The notes under the pieces are model-generated. The model made no database searches. It was not told the origin of the DNA and was given only the letters and a program-made list of their open reading frames with translations. A program made the translations under genes and the position numbers. A stretch of 64,000 nt of DNA from Actinomycetospora sp. (GTDB lineage: Bacteria; Actinomycetota; Actinomycetes; Mycobacteriales; Pseudonocardiaceae). Where the stretch lies: NCBI RefSeq assembly GCF_036497245.1, contig NZ_DASXJS010000170.1, positions 3,799 through 67,798 of the forward strand, given 5' to 3'. This document shows, piece by piece, positions 48,291-57,883 of the stretch (position 1 is its first letter; each line of letters begins with the position of its first letter).

Positions 48291-49664
48291 GTGCATCGCG
48301 TTGATCGTCCTCGTCCCGACCCTCGGCGCGGGGCGCTGCCCACTCCCAGTCGCCGGACGCTGGCCGCGACGGGCATCGCGGTGACCCTCGCGGTCGTCGT
48401 CGTCGGGGTCTCCCAGCTCGAGGACACCCCCGGTCCGGGGCCGCCACCGCCACCCGCGGCGGCGGCCCCGAAGGTCGATCTCCGCTGGGTGGTCGACCCG
48501 TCGGGGACGGAGCAGGTCTCCGACGTCGTCGGGCCTGCCGCGGCCGGGGGCGACACGCTGCCGCGGTTCGGGGTCGCGGGGACCGACCTCGGACACATGT
48601 TCATGGTGGGGAACCGGATCGCGATCGCGTTCGGCGACACCTACGGCGGACCGCCGTCCCCCGGGCGCTTCTTCCAGGTCGCCCACCCCGACTGGCGCAG
48701 CAACGTGCTGGGCTGGATCGACCCGCCCGCCTCGCCGCGCGACGGGTTCGCGCTGAACGACATGGTCACCGACCGGCCCGGCCACGCCGCCGAGCTGCTG
48801 CACTCCCGCAAGCAGAACGGCGTCGAGTGGACCGTCATCCCGACGTACGGCATCGCGGACGGCAACCGGATGTACCTGCACTACATGTCGGTGCGCAACG
48901 ACTTCACGAAGCCGGGCGTGTGGCCGCTGAACTTCTCGGGGGTGGCGACCTCGGACGACGGCGGGCGGACCTGGACGAGGCCGAAGGACGCGATCTGGCC
49001 GGGCGACACCCGATTCGGTCAGGTCGCCTACGTTCGCCCGGGTGGGGCCGACGACCCGCAGGCCCCGGACCCGCCCCACGCTCCCGGCGTGCCCCGCTTC
49101 TCGGCGACCCTCTCGTCGGTCTTCCCCGACAACCCCTACTCGAAGACGTACCCGAACCCCCGCGACGGCGTCGTCTACGTCTACGGGATCCCGGGTGGGC
49201 GCTACGGCGACATCTCTCTGGCCGCCGTCCCGCCCGACAAGCTGCTCGACCGCTCGGCGTACCGGTACTGGACGGGTCAGGCGTGGTCGAGCGACGAGAA
49301 CGACGCCGAACCCGTGAGCAAGGGTCCCGCGGGCGAGCTCTCGGTGCGGTGGAACTCGTACTACCGCACCTGGATGATGATGTACCTCGTCGACAGCACG
49401 GGGCAGGTCGTCCTGCGCACCGCCCCGTCGGCGACCGGCCCCTGGAGCGAGCCGCAGGTCGTCACCACCACCAAGGACCACCCGCTGGGCTATGCGCCGT
49501 ACCTGACCCCGCGCTGGAACGACGGGCCCGACATCTGGTTCACGCTCTCGACGTACCGGAACTACCGGGTGTTCCTGATGCACACGCAGCTGCACTCCCA
49601 GCCGGCCGACCAGCCGCTGCCGAAGGACGTCCAAGCCGCGACCCCGCCTCGACGTCCGTCCTGA
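48291..49664 (+). CDS. DUF4185 domain protein (GH183-like, beta-propeller)
   Basis: GTDLG, FGDT, WRSN, VIPT, YMSV, S.D.G.TW, GELSV.W, YAPY; TM anchor; start uncertain. Confidence 0.82.
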   Translation: MHRVDRPRPDPRRGALPTPSRRTLAATGIAVTLAVVVVGVSQLEDTPGPGPPPPPAAAAPKVDLRWVVDPSGTEQVSDVVGPAAAGGDTLPRFGVAGTDLGHMFMVGNRIAIAFGDTYGGPPSPGRFFQVAHPDWRSNVLGWIDPPASPRDGFALNDMVTDRPGHAAELLHSRKQNGVEWTVIPTYGIADGNRMYLHYMSVRNDFTKPGVWPLNFSGVATSDDGGRTWTRPKDAIWPGDTRFGQVAYVRPGGADDPQAPDPPHAPGVPRFSATLSSVFPDNPYSKTYPNPRDGVVYVYGIPGGRYGDISLAAVPPDKLLDRSAYRYWTGQAWSSDENDAEPVSKGPAGELSVRWNSYYRTWMMMYLVDSTGQVVLRTAPSATGPWSEPQVVTTTKDHPLGYAPYLTPRWNDGPDIWFTLSTYRNYRVFLMHTQLHSQPADQPLPKDVQAATPPRRPS

Positions 49665-49676
49665 GGGCGACCGGCG

Positions 49677-49697
49677 TAGACTGTGGTGTGGATCACA
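49677..49697 (+). promoter_or_regulatory. -10 box (TAGACT) followed by CRP/GlxR-like site
   Basis: TGTGG-N6-TCACA at 49682-49697, 1 mismatch to TGTGA-N6-TCACA. Confidence 0.5.
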
Positions 49698-49722
49698 GTC
49701 AATGACGTCTGGAGTCCCCGCG

Positions 49723-49893
49723 ATGAGCGAGAACAGCAAGTCCGGCCAGAAGGCCCGCCCCACCGAGCACGACCGTGGCCTGGCCGAGGGCGCCCGCCTG
49801 TGGGCCCGTGAGCAGGGGCTCCCGGTCCCGGCGCGCGGCGAGGTCCCGCGGACGATCATCCGTCAGTACCGGCAGCGCACCGCCCCGAACTGA
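49723..49893 (+). CDS. Stand-alone Lsr2 C-terminal DNA-binding domain
   Basis: ARLWAREQGLPVPARGEVPRTIIRQY matches R.WAR..G..V..RGRIP..V...Y; RBS GGAG. Confidence 0.78.
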   Translation: MSENSKSGQKARPTEHDRGLAEGARLWAREQGLPVPARGEVPRTIIRQYRQRTAPN

Positions 49894-49929
49894 GTTCTTG
49901 CGGACGCCGGGGCGCCTGCGGGTCGGCAT

Positions 49930-50049
49930 GATCACCGGGTACTCATCGGGCTCGTCCGGCTTCCCGAGCCTGATGCGTACCCGGTGATCAAGCGCCACCG
50001 GACCGTCCGGCGCTCGCGATCACCGGCGCGGACCTGAGCCGATCACCGG
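49930..50049. repeat. Cluster of CCGGTGATC/GATCACCGG elements upstream of DUF559 gene
   Basis: Copies at 49930, 49981, 50018, 50041; a further copy at 50956. Confidence 0.55.
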
Positions 50050-50098
50050 CCGGCCGATCCGGGGGAACCGATCGGGCGTCGGCGGGCTCCACACTGAT

Positions 50099-50962
50099 GT
50101 GGAGACACCGACACGGTCGACCCGTTCACCGTTCCGGGGTTCGACGGCGGTCCGAGCCGGCCTGATCACCTGGGACCGGCTCCTCGGCCCGGACTTCCGC
50201 CGTCTGCGGCCGGACGTCTACGTCGGTGCGGCCACCGAGGTCGACACCAGGGTCCGCGTCGAGGCGCTGAGTGTGTGGAGCCGGGGACGCGGGGTGGTGG
50301 CCGGACCGCTGGCGGCCCTCGCCTTCGGCGCCGAGTGCCCCTGGGAGGACGCCGAGATCGTCATTCCGCGGCACTGTCGGGTGCCGCCCGCCGAGGTGAC
50401 CGTCCGGACCGGCGCCCTGGGTGACGGGGAGATCGCGACGAGGTTCGGCTGCCGGATCACGAGCCCGCTGCGCACGGCGTTCGACCTCGCGCGCCGGGAA
50501 CCGCTGGTCGAGGCCGTCGCGGCGGTCGACTCGCTCGCCCACGTCAGCGGGTTCACCGCGGAGCGGCTCCGACCGCTCGCCCTCGAGCATCCGCGGGCGC
50601 GCGGGATCGTGGCGGCGCGGAGGGTGATCGGGCTGATGGACGGGCGAGCCGAGTCGTTGCCGGAGTCCCGCCTGCGGGTCGGGCTCCTCGAGCGGGACGT
50701 GCCCCCGGGTGTGCCGCAGTTCCGGGTCTCGCTGCTCACCGGCAAGGGTGTCCGGCTGGATCTCGCCTGGCCGCATCGGCGACTCGCCCTCGAGTTCAAC
50801 GGCCCCGAGCACCGCACCATCACCGGTCAGAACCGCGATGCGTTCCGCACGGGCCGTCTCGACGACCTCGGCTGGGAGATCCTGCCCGTCACCTCGGCGA
50901 TGGTGCTCGACCCGGTCGCCTTCGACGAGCTGGCCGCCCGGGTCCTCCGCAAGCTCCGGTGA
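50099..50962 (+). CDS. AbiEi-like/DUF559 (Vsr-type) nuclease-domain protein
   Basis: PFRGS.A, TSP.RTAFDL.R, AES.PESRLR, PQF, RLDLAWP..RLALEF.G..H. Confidence 0.82.
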   Translation: METPTRSTRSPFRGSTAVRAGLITWDRLLGPDFRRLRPDVYVGAATEVDTRVRVEALSVWSRGRGVVAGPLAALAFGAECPWEDAEIVIPRHCRVPPAEVTVRTGALGDGEIATRFGCRITSPLRTAFDLARREPLVEAVAAVDSLAHVSGFTAERLRPLALEHPRARGIVAARRVIGLMDGRAESLPESRLRVGLLERDVPPGVPQFRVSLLTGKGVRLDLAWPHRRLALEFNGPEHRTITGQNRDAFRTGRLDDLGWEILPVTSAMVLDPVAFDELAARVLRKLR

Positions 50963-51001
50963 TCACGCCACCGCCCGGCCCTGGGCCGCCGTCGGGACGG
51001 A

Positions 51002-52378
51002 CTACCCGCGGGCCAGCGAGCGCAGCAGCATCGCCTCGGCGAGCACGCACCGGGAGAACATCCCCAGGTGCAGGCTCTCGTCGACGCCGTGCCAGCGGCT
51101 CGCGGGGTCGCCGACGCCCGTGACCAGCACCGACGCCCCGGGGAAGCTCCTCGCGAACTCGGCGATGAACGGGACCGTTCCGCCCATCCCGACCTCGACG
51201 GCCGCGTTGCCGAACGCGGCCGTGAGCGCCTCGCGGGCGAGGTCGTACACGGTGCCGACCGCGTCGAGGGCGAACGGCTCCCCGGAGGCGTGCAGGGACA
51301 CGTCGAGCCGGACGCCCCACGGCGCGACCCGCCGCAGGTGCTCGGTGATCGCGGCGACCGCCGCGGCCGAGTCCTGTCCCGGGGCGAGACGCGTACTGAC
51401 CATCGCCCGGGCCCGGGGGAGCAGGATGTTCGCCGCGCCGTCGACGGGAGGCGCGTCGATCCCGAGCACCGCGATCGCCGGCTTGTGGGTGAGCCGCTCG
51501 GTGATCGTCCCGGTGCCGAGCAGGTCGACGCCGTCGAGCAGGCCCGCGTCGCCGCGGAACGTGGCCTCGTCGATGTCGGGGGCCTCCGACGAGCCGGTGA
51601 CCAGCCCGGCGACGGCGACGTCGCCCTTGTCGTCGTGCAGGCTCGCGAGCAGTCGGCACAGCGCGGTCAGGGCGTCTCCCGCGGGGCCGCCCCACATCCC
51701 GGAGTGCACCGCGCGCTCGAGCATCGAGACCTTGACGACGATGTTCGCCAGACCCCGCAGGCTGGTGGTGACCGCGGGGACGTCGACGGCGGGGTTGGCG
51801 GCGTCGGCGATGACGATGACGTCGGCGGCCAAGGCATCGCGGTGCTCGGCGAGCAGTGCGGACAGGGTCGGCGACCCCGATTCCTCCTCGCCCTCGACGA
51901 AGAGCGTGACGCCCACCGGCGGCCGGCCGTCGAACGCCCGCAGCGTGGCGAGGTGCGTCATCACCCCCGCCTTGTCGTCCGCGGCGCCGCGGCCGTACAA
52001 CCGACCCTCGTGCTCGCGCGGTTCGAACGGCGCGGAGGTCCAGAGCTCGTCGCCGCCGGTCGGTTGGACGTCGTGGTGGGCGTAGAGCAGCACGGTGGGT
52101 GTCGGGCGGGCGGGATCGTGGCTCTGCGCCGGCCAGTGCGCGACGACGGCGGGTGCGCCGCCCTCGGCGGCGAGCACCTCGACGTCCGCCGCCCCGGCCT
52201 CGCGGGCCAGGGTCGCGACCGCGTCGGCGCACCGGCGGGTGTCCTCGGCGTGCGCCGGGTCGGCCCAGACGCTCGGGATACGGACGAGCGCCTCGAGATC
52301 GGTCCGTGCTCCGGGCAGGACCGCCTCCACGGCGCGGCGGAGATCCTCGGGTGGCTCGGGCGTCGTCGATGCGGCCAT
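51002..52378 (-). CDS. M20 family dipeptidase
   Basis: YAHHDVQP, YGRGAADDK, EGEEE.GS, HSG..GG, H..DES. Confidence 0.93.
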   Translation of the reverse strand: MAASTTPEPPEDLRRAVEAVLPGARTDLEALVRIPSVWADPAHAEDTRRCADAVATLAREAGAADVEVLAAEGGAPAVVAHWPAQSHDPARPTPTVLLYAHHDVQPTGGDELWTSAPFEPREHEGRLYGRGAADDKAGVMTHLATLRAFDGRPPVGVTLFVEGEEESGSPTLSALLAEHRDALAADVIVIADAANPAVDVPAVTTSLRGLANIVVKVSMLERAVHSGMWGGPAGDALTALCRLLASLHDDKGDVAVAGLVTGSSEAPDIDEATFRGDAGLLDGVDLLGTGTITERLTHKPAIAVLGIDAPPVDGAANILLPRARAMVSTRLAPGQDSAAAVAAITEHLRRVAPWGVRLDVSLHASGEPFALDAVGTVYDLAREALTAAFGNAAVEVGMGGTVPFIAEFARSFPGASVLVTGVGDPASRWHGVDESLHLGMFSRCVLAEAMLLRSLARG

Positions 52379-52581
52379 GGGCGCGAGCCTAGGCACTCGG
52401 GCGAAGCGAGCCGGCGCCGTCGTCGGCCCGATCGGACCCTGCTTGCGACCGAGTCACGGTGACTCGGTCGGGCCGCGGTCATTCCGGCCGGACGAGGTCA
52501 GCACCGCGACGTCGCTCCGCTGTCGAGGACGCGGTGCCAGGATCGACAGTCCGCTGCAGCCGACGCGAGGAGAGCACTGTC

Positions 52582-53151
52582 ATGATCGCGAACGAGTCCG
52601 CCGCGGACGAGTACCGGGAGATCGCCGGCCGGTTCACCGGCCTCGTCGAGGCGGTGCCCGACGACGCGGTGTGGGAGCGCCCGTCCCCGGTGCCGGAGTG
52701 GACCGCGCGCGACGTCGTGCGCCACCTCGTGGAGTGGTTCCCGGGGTTCCTCGCCGGCGGCGCGGGCGTGACGCTGCCGCAGGGTCCGGGCGTCGACGAC
52801 GACCCGGCCGCCGCCTGGCGCACCATGAGCGACGGCGTGCAGGCCGTTCTCGACGACCCGGCGTACGCCCAGCGGCTCCTGGTCAATCCGCACATCGGCG
52901 AGGTCCCGCTGCCTGATGCGATCTCGCGGTTCTTCACCGCCGACGTGTTCATGCACACCTGGGACCTCGCCCGCGCGACCGGCGCGAACGAGACCCTCGA
53001 CCCGCAGCGGTGCGCGGTGATGCTGGACGGGATGCTCCCGCTCGACGAGCTGCTGCGCTCCAGCGGTCAGTTCGGAGCGGCCGTCGAGGTCCCCGACGAC
53101 GCCGACGCCACGACCCGGCTGATGGCGTTCATCGGCCGCGACCCCCGTTGA
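52582..53151 (+). CDS. TIGR03086/MDMPI mycothiol-dependent metal-binding protein
   Basis: PSPVPEWTARDVVRH, HTWDLARATG, GRDP. Confidence 0.88.
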   Translation: MIANESAADEYREIAGRFTGLVEAVPDDAVWERPSPVPEWTARDVVRHLVEWFPGFLAGGAGVTLPQGPGVDDDPAAAWRTMSDGVQAVLDDPAYAQRLLVNPHIGEVPLPDAISRFFTADVFMHTWDLARATGANETLDPQRCAVMLDGMLPLDELLRSSGQFGAAVEVPDDADATTRLMAFIGRDPR

Positions 53152-53154
53152 GGG

Positions 53155-54231
53155 TCATGCGGCGAGCTCGACCGCCGCCCGCAGCACCCCGCGCAGGTCG
53201 GCGGCCATCACCGCGCTCGTGTGGTGCTCCACGACCCACCGGCGGGCGGCCTCGCCCATCGCGCGGGCCCGCTGCGGGTCGGCGAGGAGCTCGCCGACCG
53301 CATCGGCCATCGCGTCGGGATCCTCCGGGTCGACGAGCAGCCCACGGACCCCGTGCTCGATCAGTGCCTCCATCGGTGGCGTTCTCGTCACCACGACCGG
53401 CCGGGCGCTCGCGGCGGCCTCGAGCACCACCGTGGAGCCGCTGCCCCGCATGGTGGGGACCAGCGCGACGGCGACGACCGTGGCGCGCCCGTACATCGCG
53501 CGCACATCGCCCTCCATGCGCCGCGGGTGCAGCGTGCCGAGTGCGGCCGGGACGCGGACGTCCCGCTGCGTCGTGCCGAGCTCGAGACGGACCGGGACCC
53601 CGCTCGCCTGCAGTCGGGCGACGGCGTCGACGAGCACGGGATGGTCGCGGAAACGGTCGTCGCCGACGCTCGCGACGACCGGTCCCGCGTCCGCCCACGG
53701 CTGCGCGGGGAAGAAGTCGGTGTCGATGCCCAGCCGGACGGAGTGGACCCGCTCCGGGTCGAGGTCCCAGGCGTCGACCAGGTCCTCGCCGATGGAGTCG
53801 GCCAGGACCACGACCCCGGACAGCCGGTGCAACGCGTGTCCGACGGTCGCTCGGGCGCCCGCCGAGTACGTCTCCGGCCGACCCGCCCACACGATGTTCG
53901 ACACCACCGGCGGGCCACCGGGCGCGAGGGCCGCGGGGAAGCCGGTGTGCTCGCTCATGCAGAGCACGGCGTCCGGGGTCCATCGATCCCGCGAGAGCAT
54001 CTCCGCCGCGGTGGCCACCACCTCGAACCCGTCGAGGCGGTTGCGCACCTTGCGGGCCACCCACGCCGCCCCCGACGAGTGCAGCGGGTGGCGGAACTCC
54101 ACCTCGACGTCCGGGTCGTCGGCGAGGTGGTGCAACCCGTACGGCGTGCGGTCCGGGATCTCGTCGCGGGCGTGCGCTTCCTCGTGCTCGTCGACGTCCA
54201 GCTGCTCCGGGAGCTCGACCCGAACCTTCAT
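53155..54231 (-). CDS. Glycosyltransferase family 4
   Basis: GIDT.FF, G.TVVLEA.A.ARPVV, G.LV.P.D. Confidence 0.85.
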   Translation of the reverse strand: MKVRVELPEQLDVDEHEEAHARDEIPDRTPYGLHHLADDPDVEVEFRHPLHSSGAAWVARKVRNRLDGFEVVATAAEMLSRDRWTPDAVLCMSEHTGFPAALAPGGPPVVSNIVWAGRPETYSAGARATVGHALHRLSGVVVLADSIGEDLVDAWDLDPERVHSVRLGIDTDFFPAQPWADAGPVVASVGDDRFRDHPVLVDAVARLQASGVPVRLELGTTQRDVRVPAALGTLHPRRMEGDVRAMYGRATVVAVALVPTMRGSGSTVVLEAAASARPVVVTRTPPMEALIEHGVRGLLVDPEDPDAMADAVGELLADPQRARAMGEAARRWVVEHHTSAVMAADLRGVLRAAVELAA

Positions 54232-54375
54232 CGTGGTCAACCCCTGGTGCGGTTCCGCGGGACTGACGACGATAACAGCGGGATCATGAACCGAAGAACG
54301 TGTCGCCGGCATTGGCGATGAATGGTCGGAAACGTCCGACGACGGATCATTCGCGCGCCGGTCGAAGAATGGGGG

Positions 54376-54603
54376 TCAGGCTCCCGTGAAGGAGCGGTGC
54401 GCGGCGTGGAGCTGGGTCGAGAAGAGGGCGACCTGCGGGTCGTCGGCCGACCACTTCGCCATGTCCTGCGTCGCGTGATCGTCCCCGTGGGCGCTCAGGA
54501 CGTGCAGGTCCACGAGCGCGTCGAACCAGCCCGGCCGCTGCGGCTGCTCACTCGTCCAGTCCGTCCCGGTCTCGATGTCCCAGGGGCTACCGATCATGGT
54601 CAC
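54376..54603 (-). CDS. Small hypothetical protein
   Basis: 75 aa, GC3-rich codons, RBS AAGGA upstream. Confidence 0.5.
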   Translation of the reverse strand: MTMIGSPWDIETGTDWTSEQPQRPGWFDALVDLHVLSAHGDDHATQDMAKWSADDPQVALFSTQLHAAHRSFTGA

Positions 54604-54865
54604 CAGTCCTTCGTTCCGGGCGTACGGACGGCCGGAAGTATGACGACTGATCAGCGCGCAACCTTGTGGTGCGCACCACAGTCTCGGGCAGTGATCGGTT
54701 CAGGCACGGGGAGCGACCGACCCGGATGAGGCAGCGTGGTCGATCGGAACCGCGCGCAGCTCACCGCCCGGCTCGCCGAGATCGACTCCGTCGCGGGTCT
54801 CGGTCGGGACACCCATCTCGACACTTCGATGATCCACGACCGAACTGACAGCACTCACCGGTACC

Positions 54866-54880
54866 GTCACAAAATGTGAC
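54866..54880. promoter_or_regulatory. Palindrome matching BldD box
   Basis: GTCACAAAATGTGAC = TNAC-N5-GTNA, in AT-richer divergent intergenic region. Confidence 0.45.
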
Positions 54881-55036
54881 TGACGGTTGATGAAAACACG
54901 ATCGCGTCCTTCGTTTGCGAGAAATTCTTACTCTGTGCTGCTAAGTTTGGCTCGAAGTTCTTGTTCGAGGCCTGGCCCATATGCCCCGGACGAGTTGAGG
55001 GGGGACGACCGGGCTGAGGCCCTCGAGGGAGACTCG

Positions 55037-56593
55037 ATGGCGGAACGACTCCAGCGTCTGCGGGCCGATCGGTACCTGATCGACGCGGGGATCGCGTACG
55101 TGGCACGGATCGAGCGGACCCGCGTGGCGGCGCGACGGGCACGGAGCACCCAGCGGGTGGTCCTGAACCTGGCGGCGGTGCTCGCCGTCGTGATCGCGGC
55201 CCTCACGGTGCTCGTCCGGGCGGGCCTGCCGGACCCCGCGCCCGCGGCCGTGTTCCTGATGGCCGGTGTCGCGTCGTCGGCGGGGAGCGCGGCGGCCCTC
55301 ATGATCATGTTTGCGGCCCGCCTCACGGGCGACTCGCGGGTGCTCTGGGCGGGGCTGACCCTCGGCTGGTACAGCCTGGTGGCGATCCCCATCTCGACCG
55401 TCAGCGGTCTCGACCGGGAGCAGGAGACCATCGCGGCGGCCGGGATCGTGCTGGTCCACGGGGTGGCGACGGTGTTGTGGTTGGTCGTCCTGGCGGCCCC
55501 GGGTCTGCCGACGGCCCCTGCGGTGGTCCGGGGATTCCTGGTGGCGGTGGCCGCACTCGTCCTCGGGGCGGTGGTGTGGGCGGCCGCGGCTCCGGCCGGT
55601 GCCGAGTCCGCGGCAGGCGCCTGGCCGGTGTGGGTGGTGTACGCGCTGGTCTGGATCGCCGGCGCGCTGGCCGTGGTCGCCTGGGCGACCGTCAGGAGGA
55701 TCCCCGGCCTCGGGGCGATCGGGACCGGGCTCGCGATGCTGGGAGCCCTCCAGGCCGGGCGGTTCGTGGACCCGACGGCGTCCCGCGTGGAGATGTCGCT
55801 CTTCGCGGGGCTGCGCCTGGCCGCCGTCGTCCTCGTGCTCTGGGGGAGCCTGCGGCTCGTGCGACGGGCGCTCCTGAAGCTCGACGACGATCAGGCCGCG
55901 CAGGAGGAGGAGCTGCGACTCGCGGAGCTGCGGTTGGCCCGCGCCGCCGAACGCGACCATGACCTGCGCAACGGGCTCGCCGGTCTGGCCGGCGCCACGG
56001 CCGTCCTCGGAGGCGGGGCGGGAACCGGACACCTCAGCCGTGTCGTCGCCGGCGAGCTGCGCCGACTCGACGTCATGCTGCAGGTGCCGAGCCGGGACGA
56101 CCGTCGTGGCGATCTCGAGGTCTACCCCGTCGGGCCGGCGCTCGAGGGGCTGGTGATGCTGCGTCGCAGCGCCGGGATGGACGTGCGCGCCGATGTCGAG
56201 CCCGCCCTGCACGCGGTCGGGTCCCCGCGCACGCTCGCTCAGGTCGTCACCAACCTGTTGGCCAATGCCGAGCGGCATGCCCCGGGCAGTCCCGTCCGGA
56301 TCACCGCGGCGCCCCAGGAGGGCCGGGTCGAGATCCGGATCCGTGATTTCGGACCCGGCATCCCGGTCGGGCGTGAGCTGACTGTGTTCGAGCCGGGAGT
56401 GTGCGACGAGCAGGCCGGCGGCACGGGCCTCGGGCTGCACCTGAGCCGGACGCTGCTCATGGCCGAGGGCGCCACGATCGACATCCTCTCCGCCGTCCGG
56501 GGTGCACCCGGCTGCGTGGTGGTGATCGGACTTCCGGTGGTCGAGCGCGCGCGCCCGGGTCGCGAGCGGGACGAGTGCCGCGCCGCCTCATGA
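55037..56593 (+). CDS. Membrane sensor histidine kinase
   Basis: ~8 TM; H-box HDLRNGL, N-box NLLANAERH, D.GPG, G.GLGL. Confidence 0.9.
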   Translation: MAERLQRLRADRYLIDAGIAYVARIERTRVAARRARSTQRVVLNLAAVLAVVIAALTVLVRAGLPDPAPAAVFLMAGVASSAGSAAALMIMFAARLTGDSRVLWAGLTLGWYSLVAIPISTVSGLDREQETIAAAGIVLVHGVATVLWLVVLAAPGLPTAPAVVRGFLVAVAALVLGAVVWAAAAPAGAESAAGAWPVWVVYALVWIAGALAVVAWATVRRIPGLGAIGTGLAMLGALQAGRFVDPTASRVEMSLFAGLRLAAVVLVLWGSLRLVRRALLKLDDDQAAQEEELRLAELRLARAAERDHDLRNGLAGLAGATAVLGGGAGTGHLSRVVAGELRRLDVMLQVPSRDDRRGDLEVYPVGPALEGLVMLRRSAGMDVRADVEPALHAVGSPRTLAQVVTNLLANAERHAPGSPVRITAAPQEGRVEIRIRDFGPGIPVGRELTVFEPGVCDEQAGGTGLGLHLSRTLLMAEGATIDILSAVRGAPGCVVVIGLPVVERARPGRERDECRAAS

Positions 56594-57285
56594 CGCGTGC
56601 GGATCCGGCCCCTCGCGGGCAGTACCCCGTCGTGGTGATCGACGACCACGAGCTGTTCAGCACCGCATTGACCATGGCCCTGCGCGGCGAGGGGCTCGAC
56701 ACCTCGACCGTTCCCGTCGACGAGATCGACCGGCTCCTGGAAGGTCCGGGGGCCGAGACCGGCCTGGTGGTGCTCGACCTCGACCTCGGCCGCGACTCCG
56801 AGGGCGCCTACCGGCACGGGGCCGATTTCGTCGGGCGCCTCCGCGAACGGAACTGGGCGGTGCTCGTGGTCAGCGGCAGCGTCGACGAGCCGGGGGTGGC
56901 CGCCGCCATCGCCGGCGGGGCGATCGGCTCGGTGCCCAAGTCCAGTTCCTTCGACGTGCTGCTGCGCACGATCGTCACCGCCGCGCGGGGCGAGCCGGTG
57001 ATGACCGAGGTGGAGCACCGGGAATGGGTGGACCTCCACCGTCACTACCTCGCGCGCGAGCGCGAGCTCTCGCGCCGCCTCGCGCGGCTCAGCCGGCGGG
57101 AGCGCGAGGTGCTCGAGCTGCTCGCGGAAGGGCAGCGCGCGGCCGCCATCGCCGAGCGTCTCGTCGTCAGCATGCCGACCGTCCGCACCCAGATCCGGTC
57201 GGTCCTGACCAAGCTCGAGGTCAGCTCGCAGCTCGAGGCGGTCGCCCTGCTGCGCCAGCAGCCGGACAGTGGGCGCGGCGCCTGA
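56590..57285 (+). CDS. NarL/LuxR-family response regulator
   Basis: IDDH, LDLDLG, K; HTH LSRREREVL...TVRTQ. Confidence 0.92.
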   Translation: MTRADPAPRGQYPVVVIDDHELFSTALTMALRGEGLDTSTVPVDEIDRLLEGPGAETGLVVLDLDLGRDSEGAYRHGADFVGRLRERNWAVLVVSGSVDEPGVAAAIAGGAIGSVPKSSSFDVLLRTIVTAARGEPVMTEVEHREWVDLHRHYLARERELSRRLARLSRREREVLELLAEGQRAAAIAERLVVSMPTVRTQIRSVLTKLEVSSQLEAVALLRQQPDSGRGA

Positions 57286-57293
57286 CGCGCCCG

Positions 57294-57758
57294 TCAGCCC
57301 CGGACGACGATCACCGTGCACGCAGCGTGCACCACGCAGTTGAGGCCGACCGACCCGATGAGGTGGCTCGCGACGCCGCCGCGTCCGCGATGTCCCACGA
57401 CGAGCACGTCGGCGTCCTTGGAGAGCCGCTGCAGCACCGCGGACGGCGGACCGGAGTAGACCTCGACCTCGGTGGCGGGCACCGCGAGGCCACGGTCACG
57501 GCGGGACTGCACCGCGAGCTCGGCGATCCGGGCCGCCTCCTTCCGCGCGTCGGCCTGCAGATCGCTGGTCGGGGGCACGATGCCCTCGGCGGTGATCCAG
57601 ACGTACGGGGGCTCGAAGGCCATCACCGCACGCACGGAGCCACCGCGCCGCACGGCCTCGTCGAGCGCGTAGTCGAGGGCGAGGGCGGCGCCCTCGGAGT
57701 CGTCGATCCCGACGAGCACCCGCTCGCCGGTCGCCGGGCCCTGCGCGGTCTCGGTCAC
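57294..57758 (-). CDS. Universal stress protein
   Basis: VLVGIDDS, LVVGHRG.GG...IGSV...HA.CTV.VV. Confidence 0.9.
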   Translation of the reverse strand: MTETAQGPATGERVLVGIDDSEGAALALDYALDEAVRRGGSVRAVMAFEPPYVWITAEGIVPPTSDLQADARKEAARIAELAVQSRRDRGLAVPATEVEVYSGPPSAVLQRLSKDADVLVVGHRGRGGVASHLIGSVGLNCVVHAACTVIVVRG

Positions 57759-57883
57759 GGTCTGCTCCTCCCGCTCCGGCCGACCCCGGGGATCCGGAGC
57801 GGCGCGCTGCTCTTTCACCTCGACTTTACGACTGCGTGCTCCGCTGACGGCTGCTCGTTGCTCACAGCGTGTCGGGATGGCAC

